Assembly (NCBI GenBank): GCA_944367465.1
Contig: CALVWO010000001.1
Location: 6,758 to 70,757 of the forward strand
DNA from: an uncultured Clostridia bacterium
GTDB taxonomy: Bacteria > Bacillota > Clostridia > Christensenellales > Borkfalkiaceae
Direction of reading: 5' to 3'
DNA length: 64,000 bases
Part shown: positions 41,387 through 51,747 of the stretch, piece after piece
Numbering within the stretch: position 1 is the stretch's first letter
Layout of the letters: each line of letters starts with the position of its first letter
Position numbers and translations under genes: made by a program
The notes under the pieces: model-generated
Seen by the model: the letters and a program-made list of their open reading frames with translations, nothing else
What the model was told of the DNA's origin: nothing
The model's database searches: none

Positions 41387-41908
41387 TTATGTCAGATATA
41401 GTACTACGTTATTCTCCGATAAACTGCGCTTTACATCGATCACGCGCTGATTGGAAGAGCCGCGGAATTTGAGGCGTATATCCTTGAGTTCCTCGACAAA
41501 GCGTCCGTCGACAAGCACATCGAAGAGCGCAATCAGTTCTCGCGTCACTTCGCAATTTGCTGATTGTTCCTCGATCGCCCCGTCTTTATAGGTATATCCC
41601 GTATAGCACCAGATGTTTTTGCGCGGCAGACGGGCGCGCACCTTTTTTACGAACGGCAGAAGCGCGCGCTGATTCTCCGGCTCCATCGGATCCCCGCCGA
41701 GGAGCGTGAGCCCCGCGATATAATCGGGAGAGAGCGCGGCGATGAGCTCTTCTTCCACCTCTTCGGTAAACGGTTTACCGTAGGAAAAATCCCACGCCAC
41801 TTTATTGAAGCAGTTTTTGCAACCGCGCCTGCAACCGGAAACGAAGAGGGAGACGCGAACCCCCTCTCCGTTTGCGATATCTGTTTTTTTGATCTCTGCG
41901 TAATTCAT
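41387..41908 (-). CDS. nrdG: Anaerobic ribonucleoside-triphosphate reductase activating protein (radical SAM)
   Basis: Start MNYAEIKKTDIANGEGVRVSLFVSGCRRGCKNCFN at 41908 overlaps the nrdD stop (TAATG). Confidence 0.9.
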   Translation of the reverse strand: MNYAEIKKTDIANGEGVRVSLFVSGCRRGCKNCFNKVAWDFSYGKPFTEEVEEELIAALSPDYIAGLTLLGGDPMEPENQRALLPFVKKVRARLPRKNIWCYTGYTYKDGAIEEQSANCEVTRELIALFDVLVDGRFVEELKDIRLKFRGSSNQRVIDVKRSLSENNVVLYLT

Positions 41909-44082
41909 TAAAGGTGCAACACCCTGTCTTTGATTTCCTGCGTTCTGCCCTGATTCCAGAACTGCGTTCCGATGTAGCCGCAGGTACGGCGGGCAACGTT
42001 CATCTTCGTCTGATCGCGGTTGTGGCAGTGCGGGCATTCCCAGACGAGCTTTCCGTCCTCGTCTTCCACGATCCGGATCTCGCCGTCATAGCCGCACACC
42101 TGGCAATAATCGCTCTTGGTATTGAGCTCCGCATACATGATATTGTCGTAGATATACTGCATCACGGCGAGCACGGCGGGAATGTTGTCCTGCATGTTTG
42201 GCACTTCGACATAGGAGATCGCACCGCCGGGAGAGAGCTGCTGGAATTCGCTCTCGAATTTGAGTTTCGTGAAGGCGTCGATCGGTTCGGAAACGTGAAC
42301 GTGATAGCTGTTCGTGATATAATTCTTGTCCGTCACGCCCTCGATCACGCCGAAACGCTTTTGCAGGCACTTTGCGAATTTATACGTCGTGCTCTCGAGC
42401 GGCGTACCGTACAGCGAGAAATCGATGTTCTCCTTCGCTTTCCACTCCTTGCATTTGTCGTTCATGTGCTGCATGACGGAGAGCGCGAAAGGTTTTGCCT
42501 CCTCGTCGGTATGGCTCTTGCCCGTCATATATTTGACGCACTCATACAGTCCGGCATAGCCGAGGGAGATGGTCGAATAGCCGCCGTAGAGAAGTTTATC
42601 GATGGTCTCGCCCTTCTTGAGACGCGCAAGCGCACCGTACTGCCAGAGGATGGGAGCTGCATCGGAGAGCGTGCCCTTCAGACGGTTATGACGGTACATC
42701 AGCGCCTTATAGCACAACTCGAGGCGCTCATCGAAGATCTTCCAGAATTTCTTTTCATCCTTTCCGGAGGAGAGCGCCACGTCGACCAGATTGATGGTGA
42801 CGACGCCCTGATTGAATCTGCCGTAATATTTGGGCTTTCCGTTCTCATCCACATAGGGCGTAAGAAAACTGCGGCAGCCCATGCAGGTATAGCAATGCCC
42901 TTCGCCGTTCTTGTCGATCTTATACTCGAGCATCTTCTTCTCGGAGATATAGTCGGGAACCATACGCTTTGCCGTGCATCTGGCGGCAAGCTCCGTAAGA
43001 TACCAGTACTTGCTCCCTTCGCGGACGTTGTCCTCTTCGAGCACATAGATGAGCTTGGGGAACGCGGGCGTGACCCAGACGCCGGACTCGTTCTTGACGC
43101 CCTTGATACGCTGATTGAGCGTTTCCTCGATGATGAGCGCAAGGTCGGCTTTCTCCTTTTCGCTCCGCGCCTCGCCGAGATACATGAACACCGTAACGAA
43201 GGGCGCCTGACCGTTCGTGGTGAGGAGCGTGACGACCTGATACTGAATGGTCTGAATGCCCTTTGCGATCTCCGCTTTCAGGCGCTTCTCCGCAACGGCG
43301 GCAATATGCGCCTCGTCGTTGATGCCGACGCTTGCAAACTCTTCGCGTACGTCCTTTAAGATCTTCTGACGGCTGATATCGACGAACGGCGCAAGATGCG
43401 TGAGCGAGATGCTCTGCCCGCCGTACTGATTGGAGGCGACCTGCGCAATGATCTGCGTTGCGATATTGCAAGCCGTCGAGAACGAATGCGGCTTTTCGAT
43501 AAAAGTACCGGAAATAACCGTGCCGTTCTGGAGCATATCCTCGAGGTTGACGAGGTCGCAGTTATGCATGTGCTGAGCAAAATAGTCCGCATCATGGAAA
43601 TGGATGAGCCCCTCGTCGTGCGCCTGAACGATGTCGGGCGGCAGCAGGATGCGGCGCGTGAGGTCTTTGGAGACTTCGCCCGCCATATAGTCGCGCTGCA
43701 CCGAATTGACGGTGGGATTCTTGTTGGAGTTTTCCTGCTTGACTTCCTCGTTGTTGCACTCGATGAGCGTGAGGATCTGTGCGTCCGTCGTGTTCGACTT
43801 TCTGACAAGCGCACGGGAATAGCGGTAAGTGATGTACTTCCGCGCGACGGCAAACGCCTTCTGATCCATGATCTGGTTTTCGACGAAGTCCTGGATCTCC
43901 TCGACGTTCACCGCACGGTTGAGGTCGTTGGCGAGCGCCGTGACCTTGTTTGCGATGAGCTCGATCTGCTTCTCCTTGAGACGGTTGCCCTCACTGACTT
44001 CGTTGTTTGCCTTGCGGATCGCGTTCAGGATCTTTTCGATATCGAATGCGACTTCCGTACCGTTACGCTTGATGATTTTCAT
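41908..44082 (-). CDS. nrdD: Anaerobic ribonucleoside-triphosphate reductase
   Basis: Start MKIIKRNGTEVAFDIEKI (ATP-cone) at 44082. C-terminal zinc site CQVCGYDG..CPHCHN and glycyl-radical tail RRTCGYIG. Confidence 0.95.
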   Translation of the reverse strand: MKIIKRNGTEVAFDIEKILNAIRKANNEVSEGNRLKEKQIELIANKVTALANDLNRAVNVEEIQDFVENQIMDQKAFAVARKYITYRYSRALVRKSNTTDAQILTLIECNNEEVKQENSNKNPTVNSVQRDYMAGEVSKDLTRRILLPPDIVQAHDEGLIHFHDADYFAQHMHNCDLVNLEDMLQNGTVISGTFIEKPHSFSTACNIATQIIAQVASNQYGGQSISLTHLAPFVDISRQKILKDVREEFASVGINDEAHIAAVAEKRLKAEIAKGIQTIQYQVVTLLTTNGQAPFVTVFMYLGEARSEKEKADLALIIEETLNQRIKGVKNESGVWVTPAFPKLIYVLEEDNVREGSKYWYLTELAARCTAKRMVPDYISEKKMLEYKIDKNGEGHCYTCMGCRSFLTPYVDENGKPKYYGRFNQGVVTINLVDVALSSGKDEKKFWKIFDERLELCYKALMYRHNRLKGTLSDAAPILWQYGALARLKKGETIDKLLYGGYSTISLGYAGLYECVKYMTGKSHTDEEAKPFALSVMQHMNDKCKEWKAKENIDFSLYGTPLESTTYKFAKCLQKRFGVIEGVTDKNYITNSYHVHVSEPIDAFTKLKFESEFQQLSPGGAISYVEVPNMQDNIPAVLAVMQYIYDNIMYAELNTKSDYCQVCGYDGEIRIVEDEDGKLVWECPHCHNRDQTKMNVARRTCGYIGTQFWNQGRTQEIKDRVLHL

Positions 44083-44191
44083 AACTCTCTGCTCCTTATC
44101 GTACCTCTTCCCCGGGACGGGAAAGAAAAGCGCTCCCTCAAGAGGGAACGCTACCATCATACACCATATATATGGATTTGTCAAGGGTCTG

Positions 44192-44207
44192 CCACAAGAT
44201 TTTGGGA
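44192..44207 (-). promoter_or_regulatory. Weaker second NrdR-like box, 32 bp from the first
   Basis: CCACAAGATTTTGGGA matches about 10 of 16 positions. The 32-bp phasing is typical of tandem NrdR boxes. Confidence 0.4.
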
Positions 44208-44223
44208 AAAAATTTTTTTCGTA

Positions 44224-44239
44224 ACACTATATCTTGTGG
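44224..44239 (-). promoter_or_regulatory. NrdR box upstream of nrdD
   Basis: ACACTATATCTTGTGG matches 14 of 16 positions of the published NrdR consensus acaCwAtATaTwGtgt. Confidence 0.6.
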
Positions 44240-44322
44240 TCGTGGCGGATTGTGTCACTTTTTGCGCGTGAAACGCGGGGGCGCGGTTTTTTCACGCAGA
44301 AACACCCTGCGGACGCACGCGC

Positions 44323-44988
44323 TTACAGCAGCGCAACGCCGTTGATGACGAGCGAGAACTTACACCCGAGGAACTCCGCAGCCTTGCGCGAGAGCTGCAT
44401 CCTGCCGAAATAGATCTCGAAATAATCCATGACGGAACAGATGGCGGTATCGATCTCGATATGAAGCGCGATCGTCTTTCCCCCATCCTCCACCTTCACG
44501 AACGAACGTTCCGCCGCAAGGTTGACGCGGTCGTGGATGTTCGCTTTGAACACGTCGTTGATGGTATTTTTGACACGGCTCTTATGAACGTCCGCCTTAT
44601 CCGCAATGATGAGCGCGGAAGAGACATCGGATACGGGCTGTCCGTATTGCTCGTCGTGATTGCCGATCGCCATCATGATCTCGGCAGCGTCGGAAAAAGG
44701 CATGCCGAGCCGCGTAAGGATCTTATAAGCGAGGATCGCTCCCGACTGCGCGTGATCTTTGCGGTTGATACAGTTGCCGATATCGTGCAGATACCCTGCG
44801 ATCTCTGCAAGGCGGATGCGCGATTCGTCCTTTCCGAGCTCACGCAGAAGTTCACCCGACCACTTGCTCACGATACCGGCATGGCGGCGGGAATGCTCCG
44901 TAAAGCCGAGCGCCTCGATCTGTTTTTCGGACATCTCCATGATCGCCTCGACTTCGGCGTCGCGGCGGAGCGTCCCCATCTCGATCAT
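44323..44988 (-). CDS. HD-domain phosphohydrolase
   Basis: 221 aa. Contains HSRRHAGIV and AGYLHDIGN. Confidence 0.75.
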   Translation of the reverse strand: MIEMGTLRRDAEVEAIMEMSEKQIEALGFTEHSRRHAGIVSKWSGELLRELGKDESRIRLAEIAGYLHDIGNCINRKDHAQSGAILAYKILTRLGMPFSDAAEIMMAIGNHDEQYGQPVSDVSSALIIADKADVHKSRVKNTINDVFKANIHDRVNLAAERSFVKVEDGGKTIALHIEIDTAICSVMDYFEIYFGRMQLSRKAAEFLGCKFSLVINGVALL

Positions 44989-44989
44989 A

Positions 44990-45913
44990 TCAGAACTCCG
45001 TGACGTTCAGACTCTGCAGGATCTCCTCGTATTTGTTCTTCGTAAAGGAAATGGTCTCAAACGTCGTGACTGTTGCCGTGCCGGCTGCAACGCCCGCACG
45101 CAGGATATCGGGAAGATCTGCCCCCTGCTGGAGCATGACGGCAGCCGCGGCGACCATGCCGTCGCCCGCGCCGACCGTGGAATTGACTGCAACATTGATG
45201 CTCTTGCAGTAATAATTTTTCGTGCCGTTCGTGATGACTGCGCCGTCCTTCCCGAGCGAAAGGAGAACGATCTTTGCGCCGCGGTCAAGGATCTCGCGGC
45301 AGCCTGCAAGCATATCGTCTTTATCGCGGAACTCTCTGCCGAGCGTCTCTTCAAGCTCTTCTAGATTGGGCTTTACGAGATCGATGCCTGCCTCGAGCGC
45401 GGCGAACATCTTTGCGCCCTCGGTGTCGGCGATGCGGAGCGATTTGGGATCGACGCAGCGGAAGATCTCACGGTAAAAACTTGCGTCGACGCCGCGCGGC
45501 AGTCCGCCCGAGATCACCGTGACGTCTGACCGCGAAGAGAGATTGCGGATCATGTGCGAGAGTTCGCCGAGCTTTTCGGCGGCGACCTGTCCGCCGACGT
45601 CGTTGATCTCTGTGAGCATGGAGCGCTTGTCGATGCACTTGTAATTTTCGCGCACACGGCCGCTGTTCCAGACAAATGCAAACGGAACGCCCTCTTTATC
45701 GAGCGCACGTTCGAACATCGCGCCGTTTTCGTTGTACATAAATCCCGTAGCGTAGGCGTCCGCACCCAGCCGCGAAATACCGATCGCCACATTGAGCGCT
45801 TTTCCCGTAAAGGAAAGCGTCTTGTTTTTGACGATGTTCACCTTTCCGACGTTCAGCTGATCAAGCTCGATGGTGACGTCAACGCTCGGACTCATGCAAA
45901 CTGTTAAAATCAT
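44990..45913 (-). CDS. PfkB-family hexose-phosphate kinase (1-phosphofructokinase/tagatose-6-P kinase type)
   Basis: 307 aa. Contains MILTVCMSPSVDVTIELD, GKALNVA and C-terminal VNSTVGAGDGMVAA. Confidence 0.8.
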   Translation of the reverse strand: MILTVCMSPSVDVTIELDQLNVGKVNIVKNKTLSFTGKALNVAIGISRLGADAYATGFMYNENGAMFERALDKEGVPFAFVWNSGRVRENYKCIDKRSMLTEINDVGGQVAAEKLGELSHMIRNLSSRSDVTVISGGLPRGVDASFYREIFRCVDPKSLRIADTEGAKMFAALEAGIDLVKPNLEELEETLGREFRDKDDMLAGCREILDRGAKIVLLSLGKDGAVITNGTKNYYCKSINVAVNSTVGAGDGMVAAAAVMLQQGADLPDILRAGVAAGTATVTTFETISFTKNKYEEILQSLNVTEF

Positions 45914-46109
45914 CTTAACCAGGTCCCCCTATGCCTCTCCGCGGCAAGCGGAAGAGGGTCGATCAGATCAATGGATCTCCCCGCCGCATGGGCGGATCTT
46001 TCACATTGTAAAATTATTATAGTATCTTTTCGGGAAAAATTCAAGAGGCGAGGCAGAAAATTTTGCAGAAAATTCGCTCTTTTTTACTTCGGAATGCCGG
46101 AACAGACGA

Positions 46110-47072
46110 TCACATGGAGATCATCTGAAGCGTTTCGTACAGTTCGTAATTGAACTTCTTCTTCATGGAAACGGCTTCGATGATGTCCATATCGATGATC
46201 TCGTTTTTGTGGATGCCGACGACGCGGTTGCCGATGCCGTCTTTGAGGAGACGCACTGCCTTGTTGCCGAACTGTGCGGCGAGCATTCTGTCCGCCATCG
46301 AAGGAGATCCGCCGCGCTGCATGTGTCCGATGCAGGAGGAACGCACGGAATACGTTGTGACTTCCTGCAATTCGCGGGCAAATTTCTCCGCCGTCGTCAC
46401 GCCTTCCGCGACGATGATGATGTTCGAATGCTTGCCGTTCGCGCGGGAACGGTTGATGCGCATGACGATGTCGTCCATGTTATAGGCGATCTCGGGAACG
46501 ACGATGATCTCCGCACCCGAGGCGATGCCCGCGTAGAGCGCGATGTCGCCGCAATGGCGCCCCATGACTTCCACGACGGAAATGCGCTCGTGCGAGTTCA
46601 TGGTGTCGCGCAGTTTGTTGATGACCTCGAGACAGGTATTCACCGCCGTATCGAACCCCAGCGTATAATCGGTATACTCAAGATCGTTGTCGATGGTGCC
46701 GGGGATGCCGATGGTCGGGATGCCGTAATCCTCCGTAAGGCACTTCGCCCCGCGGAAGGAACCGTCGCCGCCGATGACGACAAGCCCTTCGATGCCGCGG
46801 CGTTCCAGCGTTGCGACCGCCTGTTTCTGCCCGTCTACCGTGAGCATTTCGAGGCATCTCGCCGTTCTGAGTTTGGTGCCGCCGCGCTGGACGATATCGG
46901 AGACGGAGCGCATCTCCATGGGCATCATCTGATCTTCGATGAGTCCCGCGTAACCGCGCTCGACGCCGTACACTTCCATCCCGAAATAGATCGCCGTTCT
47001 GACGACCGCGCGGATCGCCGCATTCATGCCGGGCGCGTCGCCGCCGCTCGTCAAAAGTCCGATTCGTTTCAT
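46110..47072 (-). CDS. pfkA: ATP-dependent 6-phosphofructokinase
   Basis: Contains MKRIGLLTSGGDAPGMNAAIRAVVR, GGDGS, IPGTIDND and MGRHCGD. Confidence 0.95.
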   Translation of the reverse strand: MKRIGLLTSGGDAPGMNAAIRAVVRTAIYFGMEVYGVERGYAGLIEDQMMPMEMRSVSDIVQRGGTKLRTARCLEMLTVDGQKQAVATLERRGIEGLVVIGGDGSFRGAKCLTEDYGIPTIGIPGTIDNDLEYTDYTLGFDTAVNTCLEVINKLRDTMNSHERISVVEVMGRHCGDIALYAGIASGAEIIVVPEIAYNMDDIVMRINRSRANGKHSNIIIVAEGVTTAEKFARELQEVTTYSVRSSCIGHMQRGGSPSMADRMLAAQFGNKAVRLLKDGIGNRVVGIHKNEIIDMDIIEAVSMKKKFNYELYETLQMISM

Positions 47073-47264
47073 TCAACAACCTCCGCTTATGCAAATCGTT
47101 TTTGCGTTCTGTGCCATTATATCAAAAAATTTCCGAAAAGAAAAGAGGTTTTCCGCACTTTTTTCGGGAAATATTTTGTTACCCTCTGTTTCCCTGCAGG
47201 ATGTGCTTTTTTCGGCTCCTTTACCCCTCTTACGCGCACCGCCGAAACAAGAAAAAACGTGTAT

Positions 47265-50200
47265 TTATACCAGTTTCATACATTCTTCGGGCAGGAACGT
47301 CCGCAATTCTGCCGTGAGCGCGCGCGAAAGGCGGACGGAGAACTCGTATCGCTTTCCGCCGTGCAGGATCTTTGTACGGACGTCGCCCTCGTATGCAGAG
47401 ACCGTTTCGAGCAGTTCCCCGAAGTCCTCGTCGGACAGCGCGCGCGCGTCCAGCCAGAAGACCTGCGGGCGCTCGACGGGCGCCTCCTCCGCCGCGGCGG
47501 GTTTTTCTTCGGGCGGAACGAACGCCTCGAGGCGGTCGAGAATGATGCTGGGAAGTTTTTCGGATGGAATATCGATCTTCCCCGAGAGCCGTACGACGGC
47601 GTCCTGACGAAGAAAGGGCTTGATCTTTTCGTAGATGCGCGGGAAGGCAAGACATTCCACGCTCCCGTAAAGATCTTCGATCGTAATGAACGCCATGATC
47701 GCCCCTGCGCGGGTATTGATTTTTTTGACTCCAGCAACGATCCCTCCCATCGTCACCTGATCGCCCGCTTTGATCTGGTGATAGGTCCTGTCGCCCGTCT
47801 CCTCGTCCTCTTCAAAGTCCGCAAGGAGACCCGTATGGAAGGTGCAATCGGTAAAATGGGAGGCATAGGCGCCGAACGGATGTCCGCTGACGTACACGCC
47901 GAGCACGGATTTTTCCTTGGAAAGAAGTTCCGCGGTGCTCCATTCGGGAATATCGGGATAGGATGCTTTGGGCGCCTCCTCGGCAATGATGTCGCCGAAC
48001 AGAGACATCTGCGCGCTCGCCTTCTGCTTGTCGATGGCGGCGATGCGGCGCATGAGCTCTTCGTAGACGGCATGATACTGCGCGCGTTTCATGCCCATGG
48101 AATCGAACGCACCGCCGAAGATGAGGCTCTCGACCATCTTTTTGTTGATGAACTTGGTGCAGCGCATGAGGAAATCCTCAAAATTCCTGAACTTCCCGTT
48201 CTGCTCGCGCTCTTCAATGACCTTTTCCATCGCGCCGATGCCCACGCCGCGGAGAGCGCAGAGTCCGAAACGGAGCCCCTTCCCCTGCACCGAAAAGTAC
48301 GCCTTGGAGGCATTGACGTCGGGCGGGTAGACGGCAATGTTCTTTTCCTTCATGTAGACGACGTACTTTGCGATCTCGTCGATCTTATCGATGCGGTTGT
48401 TCAGAACGCCCGCCAGGAACTCCTTCGGGTAGTATTTTTTCAGAAACGCCGTCTGATATGTGACGACCGCATAGGCAGCGGCATGCGATTTGTTGAACGC
48501 ATAGGACGCGAAACTCTCCATCTGCGCGAAGAGTTCGGCGCTGATCTCGGGCGGGATCCCGCGCGAGATGCACCCTGCGATGTTGCCGCCCTTGTCGATA
48601 TCGCCGTAGATGAATTTATCCTTCTGCGCCATCAGCTCGGAGCGGTGCTTTTTTGCCATGGCGCGGCGCACGAGGTCTGCCTGCCCCAGGGAGTAGCCTG
48701 CAAGATTCTGGAAGATCTGCATGACCTGCTCCTGATAGATGATGACGCCGTACGTCTTTTCGAGGATGGGAATGAGCTGCGGCGTGAGATAACTGATGTG
48801 TGCGGGATCCGCCCTGTTCTTGAGATATGTAGGGATGAAGTCCATGGGCCCCGGACGGTAGAGCGAGATCCCTGCGATCAGATCTTCGAGACAGTTGGGC
48901 TGAAGCTGTTTCATGAACCGCTTCATCCCCCCTTGTTCAAGCTGGAACACTGCGTCGGTATCCCCTTCCGCGATCAGCTGATAGGCGCCCTGATCGTTGC
49001 ACTCCTGTCCGAATACGATATCCTCGCCCGTATCTTCCTTGATGTAATCGAGCGTCTTTTTGATATCGGTGAGCGTTGTGAGCGCCAGGAAGTCCATTTT
49101 GAGCATGCCGATGGACTCCACTTCCTTCATGTCGAACTGCGTTGTCACATCCTCGCCGTTGCGGGAAAGCGGAACGTTATCGGCAATCTTTTTGCGGCAG
49201 ATGACGACGCCCGCGGCGTGCATGGAAGTATTGCGCGGCATGCCTTCGAGCTTGAGCCCCATATCGATGACGCGCTTAAGCTGTTCGTCCGACTCGTAGA
49301 TCTGGATAAATTCCGTGTTGCGCTTGCTCTCCTGATCGGCGAGTTTTTTCACCGCCTCGTCGTGCGCGTCGGGGTCGTTCTCCGTTTCGGCGACCTTTTT
49401 GCGGCATTTTTCAATATTCAGCCCGAGAAGCTCGCGGATGGTGGATTTTCCGTCCATGAGCTTTGTGACGCGGTCGGTGTCCGAATACGGCACGCTCATG
49501 ACGCGCCCCACGTCCTTGATGACGGCGCGCGACGCGAGCGTACCGAACGTGACGATCTGCGCGACGTTTTCGGGGTGATAGCGGCGGCGGACATACTCGA
49601 TCGTCTCACCCCTGCGCGCCGTACAGAAGTCGACGTCGAAGTCGGGCATGGAGACGCGGTCTGGATTGAGGAATCGCTCGAAAAGCAGGTCGTAGCGGAG
49701 CGGATCGACGTTCGTGATGCCGATGGCGTACGCGACGATGCTCCCGACACCCGACCCGCGCCCCGGACCGACGGGAATGCCGTTCAGGCGAGACCAGTTG
49801 ATATAGTCCCACACGATGAGGAAGTAGTCGGCGAATCCCATTTTGATGATGATACCGAGCTCGTATTCCGCGCGCTGCATGATCTCGTCGGTGACGGGAT
49901 CGTAGCGCCTGGGGAGCCCCTCCATCGTGAGTTTTCTCAGATATTCGGGCGAAGGCGTACCGTCGTCCGCCGTGTAGAGCGGAATGAGAGATTTATCGTA
50001 GACGGGCGAGCCGTTATCTTTAAGATTGAACGGCGTATCCGTTTCGGAGACCTTATTGGCAATGACGCGCGTGTTGGCAATCGCATCGGGCAGATTGGGA
50101 AAGAGCGCCGCCATCTCGTCGCCCGATTTCATATAAAATTCGTGCGTCTGCATCTTCATGCGGGAGGGATCGTCGAGCGTGCGTTTCGTCTGGATGCACA

Positions 50201-50849
50201 TCAGAACGTCCTGCATCTCCCAGTCCTCTTTTTTGAGGTAATGCACGTCGTTGGTGGCGACAAGCTCGATGCCCGTTTCGCGCGCCAGCCGTACAAGGAG
50301 CGGCAGGATCTGCTTTTGTTCGGGGATCCCGTGATCCTGGATCTCGATATAGAAATCTTCCCCGAACGCCTCCTTCATTTCCAGCGCGAACGCTTTGGCT
50401 TTATCGTACTCCCCCGCCATGAGATAGCGCGGGATCCGCCCCGCAAGGCATGCGGAAAGGCAGATGACGCCGTCCGTATGTTCCTTGAGAACGGTATAGT
50501 CGATGCGCGGACGGTAATAGTACCCGTCTACGAACGCGAGCGAATCGAGCTGAACAAGGTTGACGTAACCTGCCTTATTTTTTGCAAGGAGAATGAGATG
50601 ATCGGCGTGCTGATCGATGTGCTCGCGGTAATCGTCCACCACATAAAACTCACACCCGATAATATATTTGATGCCGTTCTTCTTGCATTTTTCTGCGAAT
50701 TTCAGCGAGGAATACATGTTGCCGTGATCGGTGACCGCCACGGTATCGATGCCGTTTTCCTTGCAATGGCGGACGAGATCGTCCACTTTCACCGCGCCGT
50801 CGAGCAGGCTGTATTCGGTATGAAGATGGAGATGCACAAAATCCGTCAT
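47265..50849 (-). CDS. dnaE: DNA polymerase III alpha subunit
   Basis: 1194 aa. PHP domain FVHLHLHTEYSLLDG. Contains GSGVGSIVAYAIGIT and FNKSHAAAYA. Confidence 0.95.
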   Translation of the reverse strand: MTDFVHLHLHTEYSLLDGAVKVDDLVRHCKENGIDTVAVTDHGNMYSSLKFAEKCKKNGIKYIIGCEFYVVDDYREHIDQHADHLILLAKNKAGYVNLVQLDSLAFVDGYYYRPRIDYTVLKEHTDGVICLSACLAGRIPRYLMAGEYDKAKAFALEMKEAFGEDFYIEIQDHGIPEQKQILPLLVRLARETGIELVATNDVHYLKKEDWEMQDVLMCIQTKRTLDDPSRMKMQTHEFYMKSGDEMAALFPNLPDAIANTRVIANKVSETDTPFNLKDNGSPVYDKSLIPLYTADDGTPSPEYLRKLTMEGLPRRYDPVTDEIMQRAEYELGIIIKMGFADYFLIVWDYINWSRLNGIPVGPGRGSGVGSIVAYAIGITNVDPLRYDLLFERFLNPDRVSMPDFDVDFCTARRGETIEYVRRRYHPENVAQIVTFGTLASRAVIKDVGRVMSVPYSDTDRVTKLMDGKSTIRELLGLNIEKCRKKVAETENDPDAHDEAVKKLADQESKRNTEFIQIYESDEQLKRVIDMGLKLEGMPRNTSMHAAGVVICRKKIADNVPLSRNGEDVTTQFDMKEVESIGMLKMDFLALTTLTDIKKTLDYIKEDTGEDIVFGQECNDQGAYQLIAEGDTDAVFQLEQGGMKRFMKQLQPNCLEDLIAGISLYRPGPMDFIPTYLKNRADPAHISYLTPQLIPILEKTYGVIIYQEQVMQIFQNLAGYSLGQADLVRRAMAKKHRSELMAQKDKFIYGDIDKGGNIAGCISRGIPPEISAELFAQMESFASYAFNKSHAAAYAVVTYQTAFLKKYYPKEFLAGVLNNRIDKIDEIAKYVVYMKEKNIAVYPPDVNASKAYFSVQGKGLRFGLCALRGVGIGAMEKVIEEREQNGKFRNFEDFLMRCTKFINKKMVESLIFGGAFDSMGMKRAQYHAVYEELMRRIAAIDKQKASAQMSLFGDIIAEEAPKASYPDIPEWSTAELLSKEKSVLGVYVSGHPFGAYASHFTDCTFHTGLLADFEEDEETGDRTYHQIKAGDQVTMGGIVAGVKKINTRAGAIMAFITIEDLYGSVECLAFPRIYEKIKPFLRQDAVVRLSGKIDIPSEKLPSIILDRLEAFVPPEEKPAAAEEAPVERPQVFWLDARALSDEDFGELLETVSAYEGDVRTKILHGGKRYEFSVRLSRALTAELRTFLPEECMKLV

Positions 50850-51736
50850 GATCTGGTTTCCTCGTAAAGTTTCATGAGTTTTCTCATCCTGTGATTGAGC
50901 CCCCCTTTGCTCATGCCGAGAAGGGAGGCAAGTTCAGAGAGCGAGAGCGTGGGATGGGTGAGCCGCGCCTCTGCGCTCTCGCGCAATTCGGGGGAAAGCG
51001 CAGCGAGCCTGCCCTCCTCTTTAAGCGCCGACATCGCAAGCGTCTGCGCGGCGGAGGCGATCGCGGCTTTATCCGCATTGCCCGCGATGCAGTTCTGGAT
51101 GCGGTTCTCGTTATTGTTTGCCTCGCGGCGGGCGGAAACAGCGTCCAGTTTTTTCAGCGCGCTCTCCGCGCCGAGCACGGAGAGAAGATCGGAGATCGCC
51201 TCGCGGCTCTTGACGTAACATACGTACTTCTCGCCGCGCGGCACAAGTTTGCAGAAAAGTTCGAATGCAGAGAGCAGTTCGCAGTATTCCTCCGCGCGCA
51301 CACGGGAGGAAAAGACGCATTCAAAGTGATAGCCCGTGGAGGAGCCGTCCTTCGGGAGGGTACAGCTCCCGCCGCCCAGAAAGGCGGCACGAAGATAGCA
51401 GAGCGCCGCCTGCTCGTCCTCCGAAAGGTGTTCCCGCAGCGAGCGCGTCATGGAGATGATGCGGCGCGCATCTTCGCCGCCGCAGGAAAACGCCAGCTTG
51501 TCCCGCTTGCGCTTCGGATCCTGCGAAACGCCCGTCAGCTCCGGGCGCACGCCGAACATCTCAAGAAGGCGCAAAAAATATTCGGCAACCTTTTCATTTT
51601 CGCTGACGACCTCAAATCCGTCCCCTTTCAGGCTCCCGCACGTTGAAAGAATCGCCGCGAGCGCCGCTGCCGCGCCCGCCTTTCCGGCGGGGAAATGCGC
51701 GAGAAGGTCGCGCTTGATCTCACCCGTAAAGTTCAA
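50846..51736 (-). CDS. whiA: DNA-binding protein WhiA
   Basis: 296 aa. Contains FTGEIKRDLL and FLGGGSC. C-terminal HTH LSLSELASLLGMSKGGLNHRMRKL. Confidence 0.85.
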   Translation of the reverse strand: MNFTGEIKRDLLAHFPAGKAGAAAALAAILSTCGSLKGDGFEVVSENEKVAEYFLRLLEMFGVRPELTGVSQDPKRKRDKLAFSCGGEDARRIISMTRSLREHLSEDEQAALCYLRAAFLGGGSCTLPKDGSSTGYHFECVFSSRVRAEEYCELLSAFELFCKLVPRGEKYVCYVKSREAISDLLSVLGAESALKKLDAVSARREANNNENRIQNCIAGNADKAAIASAAQTLAMSALKEEGRLAALSPELRESAEARLTHPTLSLSELASLLGMSKGGLNHRMRKLMKLYEETRS

Positions 51737-51747
51737 TGCGCGCCCCC

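Noticed and set aside
44161-44176. Third NrdR box
   Set aside because: The CCATATATATGG palindrome is correctly phased (31 bp) but is out of register with the consensus core. It is kept only as a note in the NrdR finding.
41914-44271. 481-aa and 291-aa plus-strand ORFs
   Set aside because: They are antisense to nrdD, which has ATP-cone, zinc-site and glycyl-radical motifs.
45914-46109. Possible riboswitch in the about 195-nt leader between pfkA and the PfkB-family kinase gene
   Set aside because: A TATAAT-like -10 element and some short hairpins are visible. I could not match any riboswitch class by eye, so the evidence is insufficient to report.
46209-50867. 1552-aa plus-strand ORF, the longest in the track
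   Set aside because: It lies entirely antisense to pfkA and dnaE, which have unambiguous motifs. The product is Arg/Asp/His/Val-rich with no recognisable motif. This is a typical GC-rich shadow ORF.
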